A DNA stretch of 32,000 bases, taken from the NCBI RefSeq assembly GCF_001945605.1, contig NZ_MPKA01000102.1, forward strand, positions 1 to 32,000, given 5' to 3'. Numbering within the stretch: the stretch's first letter is position 1; every line of letters begins with the position of its first letter. This stretch comes from Dubosiella newyorkensis (GTDB taxonomy: Bacteria; Bacillota_I; Bacilli_A; Erysipelotrichales; Erysipelotrichaceae). Shown here piece by piece: positions 8,487 through 15,243 of this stretch. The notes under the pieces were generated by a model that was not told the DNA's origin, made no database searches, and saw only the letters and a program-made list of their open reading frames with translations. The translations under genes and the position numbers were made by a program.

Positions 8487-8745
8487 GCAGGAGAAAAAGT
8501 CATTATACAGTATTGCTGGTTTCGTTTCTTTGATTGGGGCTGCTATCAATGGAATCGGAGCCCTAATGATGCTCATGGTTGGGATCAGTTTGATTTTTCA
8601 GCCGAATCTGTTCCAATTTCTAAGCGAGCAAGGTTTGCTTGATACGGCGATGGATCAACAAATGATTGGAAATCTATTAAGCATGAATCATATTTGGTTG
8701 ATCATCGTCTATCTTGGTTTAAGTGTGGTGATGATATTGAAATGA
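8482..8745 (+). CDS. small hydrophobic membrane protein (87 aa), unknown function
   Basis: ORF with a strong SD (aaaggag) and 2-3 predicted TM stretches. Its stop overlaps the next start (ATGA at 8742-8745). Confidence 0.65.
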   Translation: MKQEKKSLYSIAGFVSLIGAAINGIGALMMLMVGISLIFQPNLFQFLSEQGLLDTAMDQQMIGNLLSMNHIWLIIVYLGLSVVMILK

Positions 8746-9005
8746 TTTCCTATTATATAGGATATTATATTCTAAAAAGCTGGAAAAAAGAACAAGGGAA
8801 CACGCAAGATCTCATCCGCAAAACAGCTTATTGTATTTTTGCGACCCAAATCGTTGCGTTGGTTTTAGGGATCCTCATGCGTATTGCGGCTGGAAATTCT
8901 TTGCTGGATGGAGGATTGATTGAACTAGATTGGATCCTGACTGGTTTGTTCTTGTTGTGTATCCCGCAAATCAAAACAAAAAATGGACAATATGAAAACT
9001 TGTAG
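8742..9005 (+). CDS. small hydrophobic membrane protein (87 aa), unknown function
   Basis: Track ORF 8694-9005 trimmed to ATG 8742, which overlaps the upstream stop (ATGA). A GGTGA SD-like sequence lies 10 nt upstream. 2-3 TM stretches. Confidence 0.55.
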   Translation: MISYYIGYYILKSWKKEQGNTQDLIRKTAYCIFATQIVALVLGILMRIAAGNSLLDGGLIELDWILTGLFLLCIPQIKTKNGQYENL

Positions 9006-9019
9006 AAAGGTTGAAAGAT

Positions 9020-9346
9020 ATGAGTATTCTATTTTTATTGCTTGGCATAATGTTAGTGAACTTCTGCAATCCTGGAGCAATCGATGAAGCGCAGTTAAGC
9101 AAAACGATGTATTTTCTATATAATTTTATCGGTTTTGCCGTTTATATTTTCCCTGTTCCTATCCTGCTCAAATACAATAAGGCAAAGGATAAAAAGGATC
9201 GATCGTTGCTGGTCGTTGCTCTTACACTGATCATTTATGATCTGTTTAATTTGTTGTTTATCAAGCTTAGTCCAATGACTTATGTGCTGCAGCTTGGCGT
9301 GATCCTGCTTTATTTTCTTTATCAGAAATGGAAAGAAAAACACTAG
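9020..9346 (+). CDS. small membrane protein (108 aa, about 4 TM), unknown function
   Basis: Track ORF begins at TTG 9011, directly abutting the SD gaaagg. ATG 9020 has proper spacing. Four hydrophobic segments. Confidence 0.65.
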   Translation: MSILFLLLGIMLVNFCNPGAIDEAQLSKTMYFLYNFIGFAVYIFPVPILLKYNKAKDKKDRSLLVVALTLIIYDLFNLLFIKLSPMTYVLQLGVILLYFLYQKWKEKH

Positions 9347-9440
9347 ATCTTCTAATACTTTATCGAATTAAAAATAATTTTTATATTATTTCTTGCAAAT
9401 GAAATTAGCCGTTTAGTATTGTTGAAATAGGAGAGATAAA

Positions 9441-9815
9441 ATGAAGAAAACAATACTTACAAAAAAAGAAGAGGAAATCATGCGGCAATTTTGGGATCAT
9501 TCGGAACCTTTAGGATTTATCAGTTTATCTCGTTTATTGCCTGAATATAATCCTAATACTATGCGGGTTGTATTGAGAGATTTAAAAAAACATGGCTATA
9601 TAAAGCCTGTGGATACGGAAAGTGATGGAGTGACGAAAACTCGTACTTTTGTTCCTTGTATCAATGAAACGGAATATGCGATCAGGCAGATCGAAACGAC
9701 CCAAATCATTCCGATTGCCGAAAAATTGATCGAGTCTATCCCTTCGCTAAAGGACCTTGAACAACTGAAGGCAATGATCGAGAAAAGAGAAGAGAAGCTT
9801 GGAGGAAAGAAATGA
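9441..9815 (+). CDS. BlaI/MecI/CopY-family transcriptional repressor
   Basis: 124 aa with the size and N-terminal winged-helix look of penicillinase repressors (LTKKEEEIMRQFW...). The stop overlaps the start of the M56 protease gene. SD aggag is present. Confidence 0.8.
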   Translation: MKKTILTKKEEEIMRQFWDHSEPLGFISLSRLLPEYNPNTMRVVLRDLKKHGYIKPVDTESDGVTKTRTFVPCINETEYAIRQIETTQIIPIAEKLIESIPSLKDLEQLKAMIEKREEKLGGKK

Positions 9816-10936
9816 TGTTGTTTTCTTTGTCGTCCTGCTTATACGCCTTTACTGCTGGAATGATATTATCCATTGTTTTTCTGTTTTTGCTCAATACAAA
9901 AGCTTTGTATTCTGTGATCCATCCGAAAATTTTGGTGTTTTTCTCTTTATTGATCATCGTTCGCTTTATGATTCCGGGAGAATTGTTTTTTGCCAAAACG
10001 ATATCGATGACATTCTTTGTCCCGGATCTGCATGACTTTATTAAAAACGACATCTTTTTTGGATATAACTTGATCGACATGTTTTTGTTGATCTGGATGA
10101 TTGGATCTATTCTTTTTTTGATCATCACGATATCGCAATGGTGGAAAGGATACAGGCAGCTAGAACGGATCAAAGAAAACGCCGTACAGTCCATTCTTTT
10201 GAAAAATAGTGCGTGGAACTCTGCGAAAAGAGATTTAAAGGTGTTTAAGTCCAGATATGTCTGTTCGCCTTTTTCCGCCGGTTTGAAAGAGGCGGCCATT
10301 TTCTTGCCAGAAAAAGAGTATGATCAGGAAAAGCTTCGCTGGATCCTGCACCATGAAAGTACGCATATCTATAATAAAGATCTTTGGAAAAATCTTGGAT
10401 ACCGTTTGACCACTATTTTATTGTGGTGGTTCGTGCCGGTCTATATTTTTCGCAAGTTGCTTTCCCTATTTCAGGAAATTCGAGTCGATCAGAAAGTGCT
10501 GGAATTTAAAACTGAAATAGAAGGAATTCAATACGCTCGATTTTTAATTGAGGAAGTGGAAACCCAAAAGCTAGGTTTGAACCAAAATCTGAATTTAGCG
10601 ACTTTTTCCACATTAGGCGGATGGATGATGGGCAAAAGGTTAAGCTATATCCTGGATGAGAAACGAAAAGGATATTTAAATGTGGTGTTTTGCATACTGA
10701 TGGGAGTTCTTGTGCTTTCTGGTTTCTGCTTCGTGATCGAACCCGATTATTCACTTAGCGAATACACTCTAAAACAATTTGAAGGCACTTATGGGGAAGA
10801 AGATTTTACTCATGGAGAAATTCAGGAGGATGGCAGCGTAGAGTGCTATTTATATAATGGAGAATCGATAAATTTTCCTTCTGAAGAATTAGTGACTACT
10901 ATTTTTCCGAATTTGGAAATCAAGAAAGAGAGTTAA
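9812..10936 (+). CDS. BlaR1/MecR1-like M56 family membrane metalloprotease lacking the penicillin-binding sensor domain
   Basis: N-terminal TM segments, an HEXXH zinc motif (HHESTHI), a further TM, then an acidic tail of about 80 aa. At 374 aa it is too short to hold a C-terminal transpeptidase-like sensor. Confidence 0.8.
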   Translation: MMLFSLSSCLYAFTAGMILSIVFLFLLNTKALYSVIHPKILVFFSLLIIVRFMIPGELFFAKTISMTFFVPDLHDFIKNDIFFGYNLIDMFLLIWMIGSILFLIITISQWWKGYRQLERIKENAVQSILLKNSAWNSAKRDLKVFKSRYVCSPFSAGLKEAAIFLPEKEYDQEKLRWILHHESTHIYNKDLWKNLGYRLTTILLWWFVPVYIFRKLLSLFQEIRVDQKVLEFKTEIEGIQYARFLIEEVETQKLGLNQNLNLATFSTLGGWMMGKRLSYILDEKRKGYLNVVFCILMGVLVLSGFCFVIEPDYSLSEYTLKQFEGTYGEEDFTHGEIQEDGSVECYLYNGESINFPSEELVTTIFPNLEIKKES

Positions 10937-10940
10937 ATCA

Positions 10941-11144
10941 ATGAAATCAATTTTATGTTTATTTTTATTTGGGTCTATGTTTGGACCTGCTGTTTCAATG
11001 GAACCATTGAGAAATTTGCCGCTGATCGAACCGCATGCTGACCAATATGTTTGGAAAACAAAAGTAGAAAACGGGCATACTTATATTCGAAAATACAATC
11101 TCACAAAAGAGTGTTGGGAAGGTCCTTGGATCCAGGTTAGCTGA
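10941..11144 (+). CDS. small secreted protein (67 aa), unknown function
   Basis: ORF begins 5 nt after the M56 gene stop, with a gagag SD-like sequence 8 nt upstream. It has an N-terminal signal-peptide-like segment (MKSILCLFLFGSMFGPAVS) and is followed by a terminator. Confidence 0.5.
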   Translation: MKSILCLFLFGSMFGPAVSMEPLRNLPLIEPHADQYVWKTKVENGHTYIRKYNLTKECWEGPWIQVS

Positions 11145-11176
11145 GTTTGGATAAATCGAACTTCCTACAGAGCTGC

Positions 11177-11218
11177 AAAAAAGCGTAGGATTTCGTAAAT
11201 GAAACCTACGCTTTTTTT
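11177..11218. terminator. bidirectional rho-independent terminator
   Basis: Stem agcgtagg (11182-11189) pairs with cctacgct (11205-11212). An A6 run precedes it and a T7 run follows. Confidence 0.75.
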
Positions 11219-11257
11219 CGAGTAATGACTTGTCGCCTGTTGAGGTTGAAAAGAACG

Positions 11258-12526
11258 TTAGATCGAAGGATGGGAGCGATATGTAGAAAATACATATTTC
11301 TGGATCAGTTCTTTTTGACGGACTTCCAAGTTTTTCAGTCGATAAAACATCGCTTCCAGCTCGCCTTGATCCATCAAAACAGGAACAGGATATAGGGGAT
11401 TGGCTTCCTTAGAGGCGTGTTTAGCCATTGTCGGAATGTCTGTTTCTTGGATCTGTTCGATTTCACAAGGAATGTTCATCATGGCATTGAGCGAACGGAT
11501 GGCTTGTACGAATTTTTCTGCACCAAGCGCGTCGCTTTCCAATGGAGTGCTTAATCCCGCGCAAATCGCAAGCTCATGAAGAGGTTTATGGACAGCTTGG
11601 CCATACGCTTCGAGCATATAAGGCATGATGATGGCGTTGGCAAGTCCATGGGGAATGTTGTATTGACCACCCAAAGCGTGGGCGATCGCATGAATGTAGC
11701 CGACATAGGCGCGGGTAAACGCTTTACCGGCAAGAAACGAGGCGTGAAGCATGTTGCTTCTTGCTTCCATATCGTTTCCATCCTCGTATACGCGTTCAAT
11801 ATTTTGAACGATGAGGCGTACGGCTTCTTTGGCGTATTGGCGTGTCTTTTTTGTGTTGGAGTGGCCAATGTATGCTTCTACGGCATGGCATAAGGCATCC
11901 ATCCCTGTCGTCGCGCTCAAGGAAGGCGGTAATGTCCGGGTGAATTCGGCATCTAAAATGGCGTATTTTGGAATGAGGGTAAATGAATTGATCGTGTATT
12001 TGTGGTGGGTCTTTTCGTCGGTGATAACGGCGGCCAGAGTCACTTCGCTTCCTGTCCCGGCCGTTGTTGGAATGGCGACGAGTGGTGGAATGGGCTTATA
12101 AACTTTTAGCAATCCTTTCAATTTGGATAATGGTTTGTTAGGAAAGGCTGCGCGTGCACCGATCGCTTTGGCGCAGTCGATGCTCGATCCGCCGTCTAGA
12201 GCGATGATGGCCGAACAGTTGTACTGATGGTACAGTTCGAGCGCAGCTTCGACATCGTCAACTTTCGGATTGGCTTGGGTCTTATCGTATAAGACGCACG
12301 ATACGTTTTCGATAAACAAGGTGTCGATGAGCGTGGCGATCATAAAAGTTTTTGCTAAAAAGGGATCGGTCACGACAAGAACGGTCTTATTCTCCCAAGT
12401 TCTAAAGAGCGGACGAGCTTCTTCGAGGCAAGAAAAGCAAACAGGATCGTGGTAGGGTAAAAACGGTATGGCGATATGGAAAGCGTGTTGAACGAGTCGG
12501 CAGGCTCCTTTTTTGATCGGGTTCAT
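11258..12526 (-). CDS. iron-containing (group III) alcohol dehydrogenase
   Basis: NAD-binding region ALDGGSSIDCAKAI and metal-binding His cluster HAIAHALGGQYNIPHG. Track ORF trimmed to ATG 12526, which overlaps the MarR stop codon (ATGA). Confidence 0.88.
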   Translation of the reverse strand: MNPIKKGACRLVQHAFHIAIPFLPYHDPVCFSCLEEARPLFRTWENKTVLVVTDPFLAKTFMIATLIDTLFIENVSCVLYDKTQANPKVDDVEAALELYHQYNCSAIIALDGGSSIDCAKAIGARAAFPNKPLSKLKGLLKVYKPIPPLVAIPTTAGTGSEVTLAAVITDEKTHHKYTINSFTLIPKYAILDAEFTRTLPPSLSATTGMDALCHAVEAYIGHSNTKKTRQYAKEAVRLIVQNIERVYEDGNDMEARSNMLHASFLAGKAFTRAYVGYIHAIAHALGGQYNIPHGLANAIIMPYMLEAYGQAVHKPLHELAICAGLSTPLESDALGAEKFVQAIRSLNAMMNIPCEIEQIQETDIPTMAKHASKEANPLYPVPVLMDQGELEAMFYRLKNLEVRQKELIQKYVFSTYRSHPSI

Positions 12527-12963
12527 CGGGTGAGGTCCTCCTTGCTGATGGTGCGTAGATTTTCGGCGATAGAGCTTAAACATTTATACATGATTTCTCG
12601 CTCTTCTTTACTTAGAGATTGGCTGGCTTGTTGGACGGCTGTATTGGCGATCTCGTTAAGGTGGCACGCTAGCGCTTCTCCGCTTTTGGTTAGCTGCACT
12701 TTCGCGTTATAGTGTCCGTCTTTGCATACAAAGCCTTTGGTTTCAAGGGTGGCTAGCGAGCGTGAGATCTCGGCTTTGTCTTTTTGGCAGATGTCTGTGA
12801 GCCTAGCGGCGCTAAGTCCTTCAGGAAAGCGATAGAGCGTGATAATATATAAGGCATGTGTGCCTTTGAGCTGTTCATCTTTCATGATTTCGCTGGCGAT
12901 CTTGTTCCAGTACTTCATGATTTCGAAAAGGATCAAAGTGAAACGTTCAAATCGAGTGATCAT
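12523..12963 (-). CDS. MarR-family transcriptional regulator
   Basis: 146 aa with a MarR-type winged HTH (LSAARLTDICQKDKAEISRSLATLETKGFV). SD aggagg lies 6 nt upstream of ATG 12963. Confidence 0.85.
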   Translation of the reverse strand: MITRFERFTLILFEIMKYWNKIASEIMKDEQLKGTHALYIITLYRFPEGLSAARLTDICQKDKAEISRSLATLETKGFVCKDGHYNAKVQLTKSGEALACHLNEIANTAVQQASQSLSKEEREIMYKCLSSIAENLRTISKEDLTR

Positions 12964-12980
12964 ATAGGTCCTCCTACACT

Positions 12981-12996
12981 TGTTGACTTATCAACA
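12981..12996. promoter_or_regulatory. perfect palindrome TGTTGA-CTTA-TCAACA, candidate MarR operator
   Basis: A 6-4-6 perfect inverted repeat 18 nt upstream of the MarR start. It lies just downstream of the predicted MarR promoter. Confidence 0.55.
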
Positions 12997-13001
12997 TTGG
13001 C

Positions 13002-13030
13002 ATCATACGCCTTTTTGTTTTTCTTCGCAA
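13002..13030 (-). promoter_or_regulatory. candidate sigma-A promoter of the MarR-ADH operon
   Basis: Minus strand: -35 TTGCGA (13030-13025), a 17-nt spacer, -10 TATGAT (13007-13002). Confidence 0.5.
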
Positions 13031-13080
13031 TGCAAGAAGGCGAGTTTGATACAATAAAAATAGAAAGAGAGGGAGAAGGT

Positions 13081-13425
13081 ATGGCGACTTCCCAAGAATT
13101 TTGCGAAAGTGTGATCGAAGCGTTTTCTATTGCGGGAACGATCCGGGTCCGGGCGATGATGGGGGAGTATTGTGTTTATTATAACGACAAGCTCATCAGC
13201 GACTTGTGTGACGGACAATGTTTGCTCAAACGTACACCGACATCGGATGCATTGCTCCAAGGCGGACCGCTTAGTTATCCGTATGAAGGTTCGAAACAAT
13301 TGATGCATGTTTTTGACGATTTTGACAACAAGGTGCTCATCGAGAATTTGCTTGCGGGCATGTGGAACGACTTACCAGAAAAGAAATCAAGGAAAAAGAA
13401 CGGAGAAAAAAATGATCCATTTTGA
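13081..13425 (+). CDS. TfoX N-terminal domain family protein
   Basis: Track ORF 12856-13425 trimmed to ATG 13081, with SD gggagaagg. The 114-aa product has a TfoX_N-like pattern (IRVRAMMGEYCVYYNDKLISDLCDGQCLLK). Confidence 0.7.
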   Translation: MATSQEFCESVIEAFSIAGTIRVRAMMGEYCVYYNDKLISDLCDGQCLLKRTPTSDALLQGGPLSYPYEGSKQLMHVFDDFDNKVLIENLLAGMWNDLPEKKSRKKNGEKNDPF

Positions 13426-14017
13426 AAGGGAAGTGTTTGATCCGGTATTGATTGAGGAAATGCTGAAGCATTTTCATCATGTGAATATCGCGATGAACGA
13501 CGAGGATGGCTATCCGTACGTCGTGCCGCTCAACTATGGTTTTGAAATCAAGAATGATAAGCTTTTTGTATATATTCATTGCATGAAGATAGGCAAAAAG
13601 ATCAATTTGTTGCAAAAAGATGCGCGCGTCTGTCTGGAATTCAGCGCCTTTAATGATTTTCCAGACCGGCCTTATAAAGGACATCGACACGACTATCGCA
13701 GTGTCATCGCTAAAGGAAGACTAAAACTAGTCGATGCGAATGAAGATCTGGAAACTTTCAAGCGAGGATACGATTTGTTGTATTTGTGCAATGGACGGCC
13801 GATAACGCCGTTGGAAAGTCGGAAGGTCATGCCAAACCTGTATATTGGCAAGATCGAATGCGACTGGAATGACGTGAGTGCCAAGTCGGAGTTTCCGCTG
13901 CGCACGATCGAAGATGTGCCGTTTGTCGACGTGTACGAAATGGAGGAAGACACGACATCTTTTGACATCAAGGATTTGATCGTTGCCGCTAAAGCGCGGC
14001 AGAAAAAGACCGGATGA
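13412..14017 (+). CDS. pyridoxamine 5'-phosphate oxidase-like flavin-binding family protein
   Basis: Track ORF 13307-14017 trimmed to ATG 13412 (MIHFEREVFDP...). The split-barrel PNPOx-like N-terminal pattern is present (DGYPYVVPLNYGF). It overlaps the TfoX-like gene by 14 nt. Confidence 0.7.
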   Translation: MIHFEREVFDPVLIEEMLKHFHHVNIAMNDEDGYPYVVPLNYGFEIKNDKLFVYIHCMKIGKKINLLQKDARVCLEFSAFNDFPDRPYKGHRHDYRSVIAKGRLKLVDANEDLETFKRGYDLLYLCNGRPITPLESRKVMPNLYIGKIECDWNDVSAKSEFPLRTIEDVPFVDVYEMEEDTTSFDIKDLIVAAKARQKKTG

Positions 14018-14042
14018 GATCGATTCTCTCCGGTTTTCTTTT
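14010..14042 (+). terminator. rho-independent terminator overlapping the stop codon of the PNPOx-like gene
   Basis: Hairpin ccggatgaga/tctctccgg (14010-14033) with a 1-nt bulge, followed by ttttctttt. Confidence 0.55.
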
Positions 14043-14068
14043 CGATATTTCGAATGATCAAAGAACAG

Positions 14069-14093
14069 AAAAAAGGCCCTTGCGGGCCTTTTT
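14069..14093. terminator. bidirectional terminator hairpin
   Basis: A6-GGCCC-ttgc-GGGCC-T5. It reads as a terminator on both strands. Confidence 0.7.
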
Positions 14094-14191
14094 CCAAGAA
14101 AGTTTTAAGAAAGGGAATTTGATTATGAAGTGAGCTCTTTCAGCTCACTTGTATTAAACCACATTCCTTTTATTGAATACAGCGAAATGCT

Positions 14192-15082
14192 CTATGCGTT
14201 TTTTATTTTTTTTGGAGTCCATCTGCCGAAAATGCCGCAAGGAAGGATGCCGTTTTGATTGGTGACTGGAAGCAGGTTTTCGCCGACTTCGATCGTTCCT
14301 GGCTGAATGATCGCGCGTTTCATGACTTCATCGAGAGTGCATAAAGAAAAACCGGTTGTATAGCAGTTGACGATCAAAAAGAGAGGATCGTCGCTCAATA
14401 GTTTGCTTGCCTCGTGCACGAGTTCGTATAGGGAGTTTTCGAGCTTCCAAACTTCGTTTTTGGGCCCGCGTCCATAGCTTGGGGGATCCATGACGATTCC
14501 ATCGTATTTGCGTCCTCTTCGTATTTCTCGTTGGATGAATTTCATGACATCATCCACGATAAAGCGGATCTTATGATCTTCGAGATGATTGAGGCGCATA
14601 TTTTCTTTCGCCCATTCGTTGATGCCTTTGCTGGCGTCCACATGCACGACTTCTTCAGCGCCTGCTTTCGAACAAGCCATCGTGGCACCGCCTGTATAGG
14701 CGAACAGATTGAGGATCTTGATGTCTTTTTTTCCTTCTGCTTTTGCTTGCGCGATCGTCTTCATCATGAAATCCCAGTTGCTGGCTTGTTCAGGAAACAG
14801 GCCAGTATGCTTGAAGCCTGTCGGGGAGATCTTGAATCGAAGATCTTTGTATTGGATCGTCCAGAACTCTTTGAGTGGTTTTTTATATTCCCAGTGTCCG
14901 CCGCCTTGATTGGAGCGATGATAGAAGGCGTCCGCCTTGTTCCATTGGGTATCGTTTTCGATCGGCCATATTGCGACAGGATCTGGTCTTCGTAAGATCA
15001 CATCGTTCCATCGTTCTAGTTTTTCCCGATTTCCCGTATCGAGCACTTCATAATCGATCCAGTCTTTCGCGATTTGATTCAT
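14192..15082 (-). CDS. class I SAM-dependent methyltransferase, RlmI/YwbD-like catalytic domain (probable rRNA m5C methyltransferase)
   Basis: Motif I LNLFAYTGGATMA and motif IV VMDPPSYGRG. At 296 aa it has no PUA domain. SD aaggag is present. Confidence 0.75.
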   Translation of the reverse strand: MNQIAKDWIDYEVLDTGNREKLERWNDVILRRPDPVAIWPIENDTQWNKADAFYHRSNQGGGHWEYKKPLKEFWTIQYKDLRFKISPTGFKHTGLFPEQASNWDFMMKTIAQAKAEGKKDIKILNLFAYTGGATMACSKAGAEEVVHVDASKGINEWAKENMRLNHLEDHKIRFIVDDVMKFIQREIRRGRKYDGIVMDPPSYGRGPKNEVWKLENSLYELVHEASKLLSDDPLFLIVNCYTTGFSLCTLDEVMKRAIIQPGTIEVGENLLPVTNQNGILPCGIFGRWTPKKIKNA

Positions 15083-15103
15083 TGTATCGACTCCTTTTCA
15101 TCC

Positions 15104-15112
15104 ATTATAGCA
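15104..15112 (-). promoter_or_regulatory. extended -10 element (TGCTATAAT) for the methyltransferase gene
   Basis: The minus strand reads TGCTATAAT about 20 nt upstream of the ATG and a few nt upstream of the SD. No good -35 element. Confidence 0.45.
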
Positions 15113-15159
15113 GAGATTTTATAGAACGGTCTTTTTTGGACTTTTTTGCGTATATTCAT

Positions 15160-15221
15160 TGAAGTTATATTGAAGTTATATTGAAGTTGACTTTGAAGTT
15201 ATATTGAAGTTATATTGAAGT
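15160..15221 (+). repeat. six TGAAGT hexamers in helical phase (imperfect 11-bp tandem repeat TGAAGTTATAT)
   Basis: TGAAGT starts at 15160, 15171, 15182, 15194, 15205 and 15216 (spacing 11, 11, 12, 11, 11). Four units are exactly TGAAGTTATAT. The central unit is TGAAGTTGACTT. Confidence 0.95.
15187..15216 (+). promoter_or_regulatory. candidate sigma-A promoter embedded in the repeat array
   Basis: -35 TTGACT (15187-15192, created by the variant central repeat), an 18-nt spacer, -10 TATATT (15211-15216). SD aggggg lies at 15231-15236 and the ATG at 15244. Confidence 0.5.
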
Positions 15222-15243
15222 GAATAAAAAAGGGGGTCATCCG

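Noticed and set aside
9347-9440. Search for a BlaI/MecI-type TACA-N-TGTA operator upstream of the BlaI-like gene.
   Set aside because: The only dyad is a 6-bp one, AATACT...AGTATT, separated by about 50 nt. That is not significant in AT-rich DNA, so no operator is called.
9736-10299. 187-aa minus-strand ORF opposite the BlaR1-like gene.
   Set aside because: It overlaps a gene with a clear HEXXH motif and TM architecture. It has no RBS and no recognisable family. It is out of register with the sense gene, but it is still best explained as a chance ORF.
3788-11218. The accessory module considered as a discrete mobile element (genomic island, ICE or transposon).
   Set aside because: I could see no integrase, transposase, recombinase, tRNA attachment site or flanking direct repeats. 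Only bidirectional terminators mark the edges. It is described as an accessory module, not as a mobile element.
15160-15221. The tandem repeats considered as a CRISPR array or as a plasmid or phage iteron origin.
   Set aside because: The units are 11 bp with no spacers, so this is not a CRISPR array. There is no rep, par or integrase gene nearby, so I have no support for an origin. The position and embedded promoter fit an operator array better.
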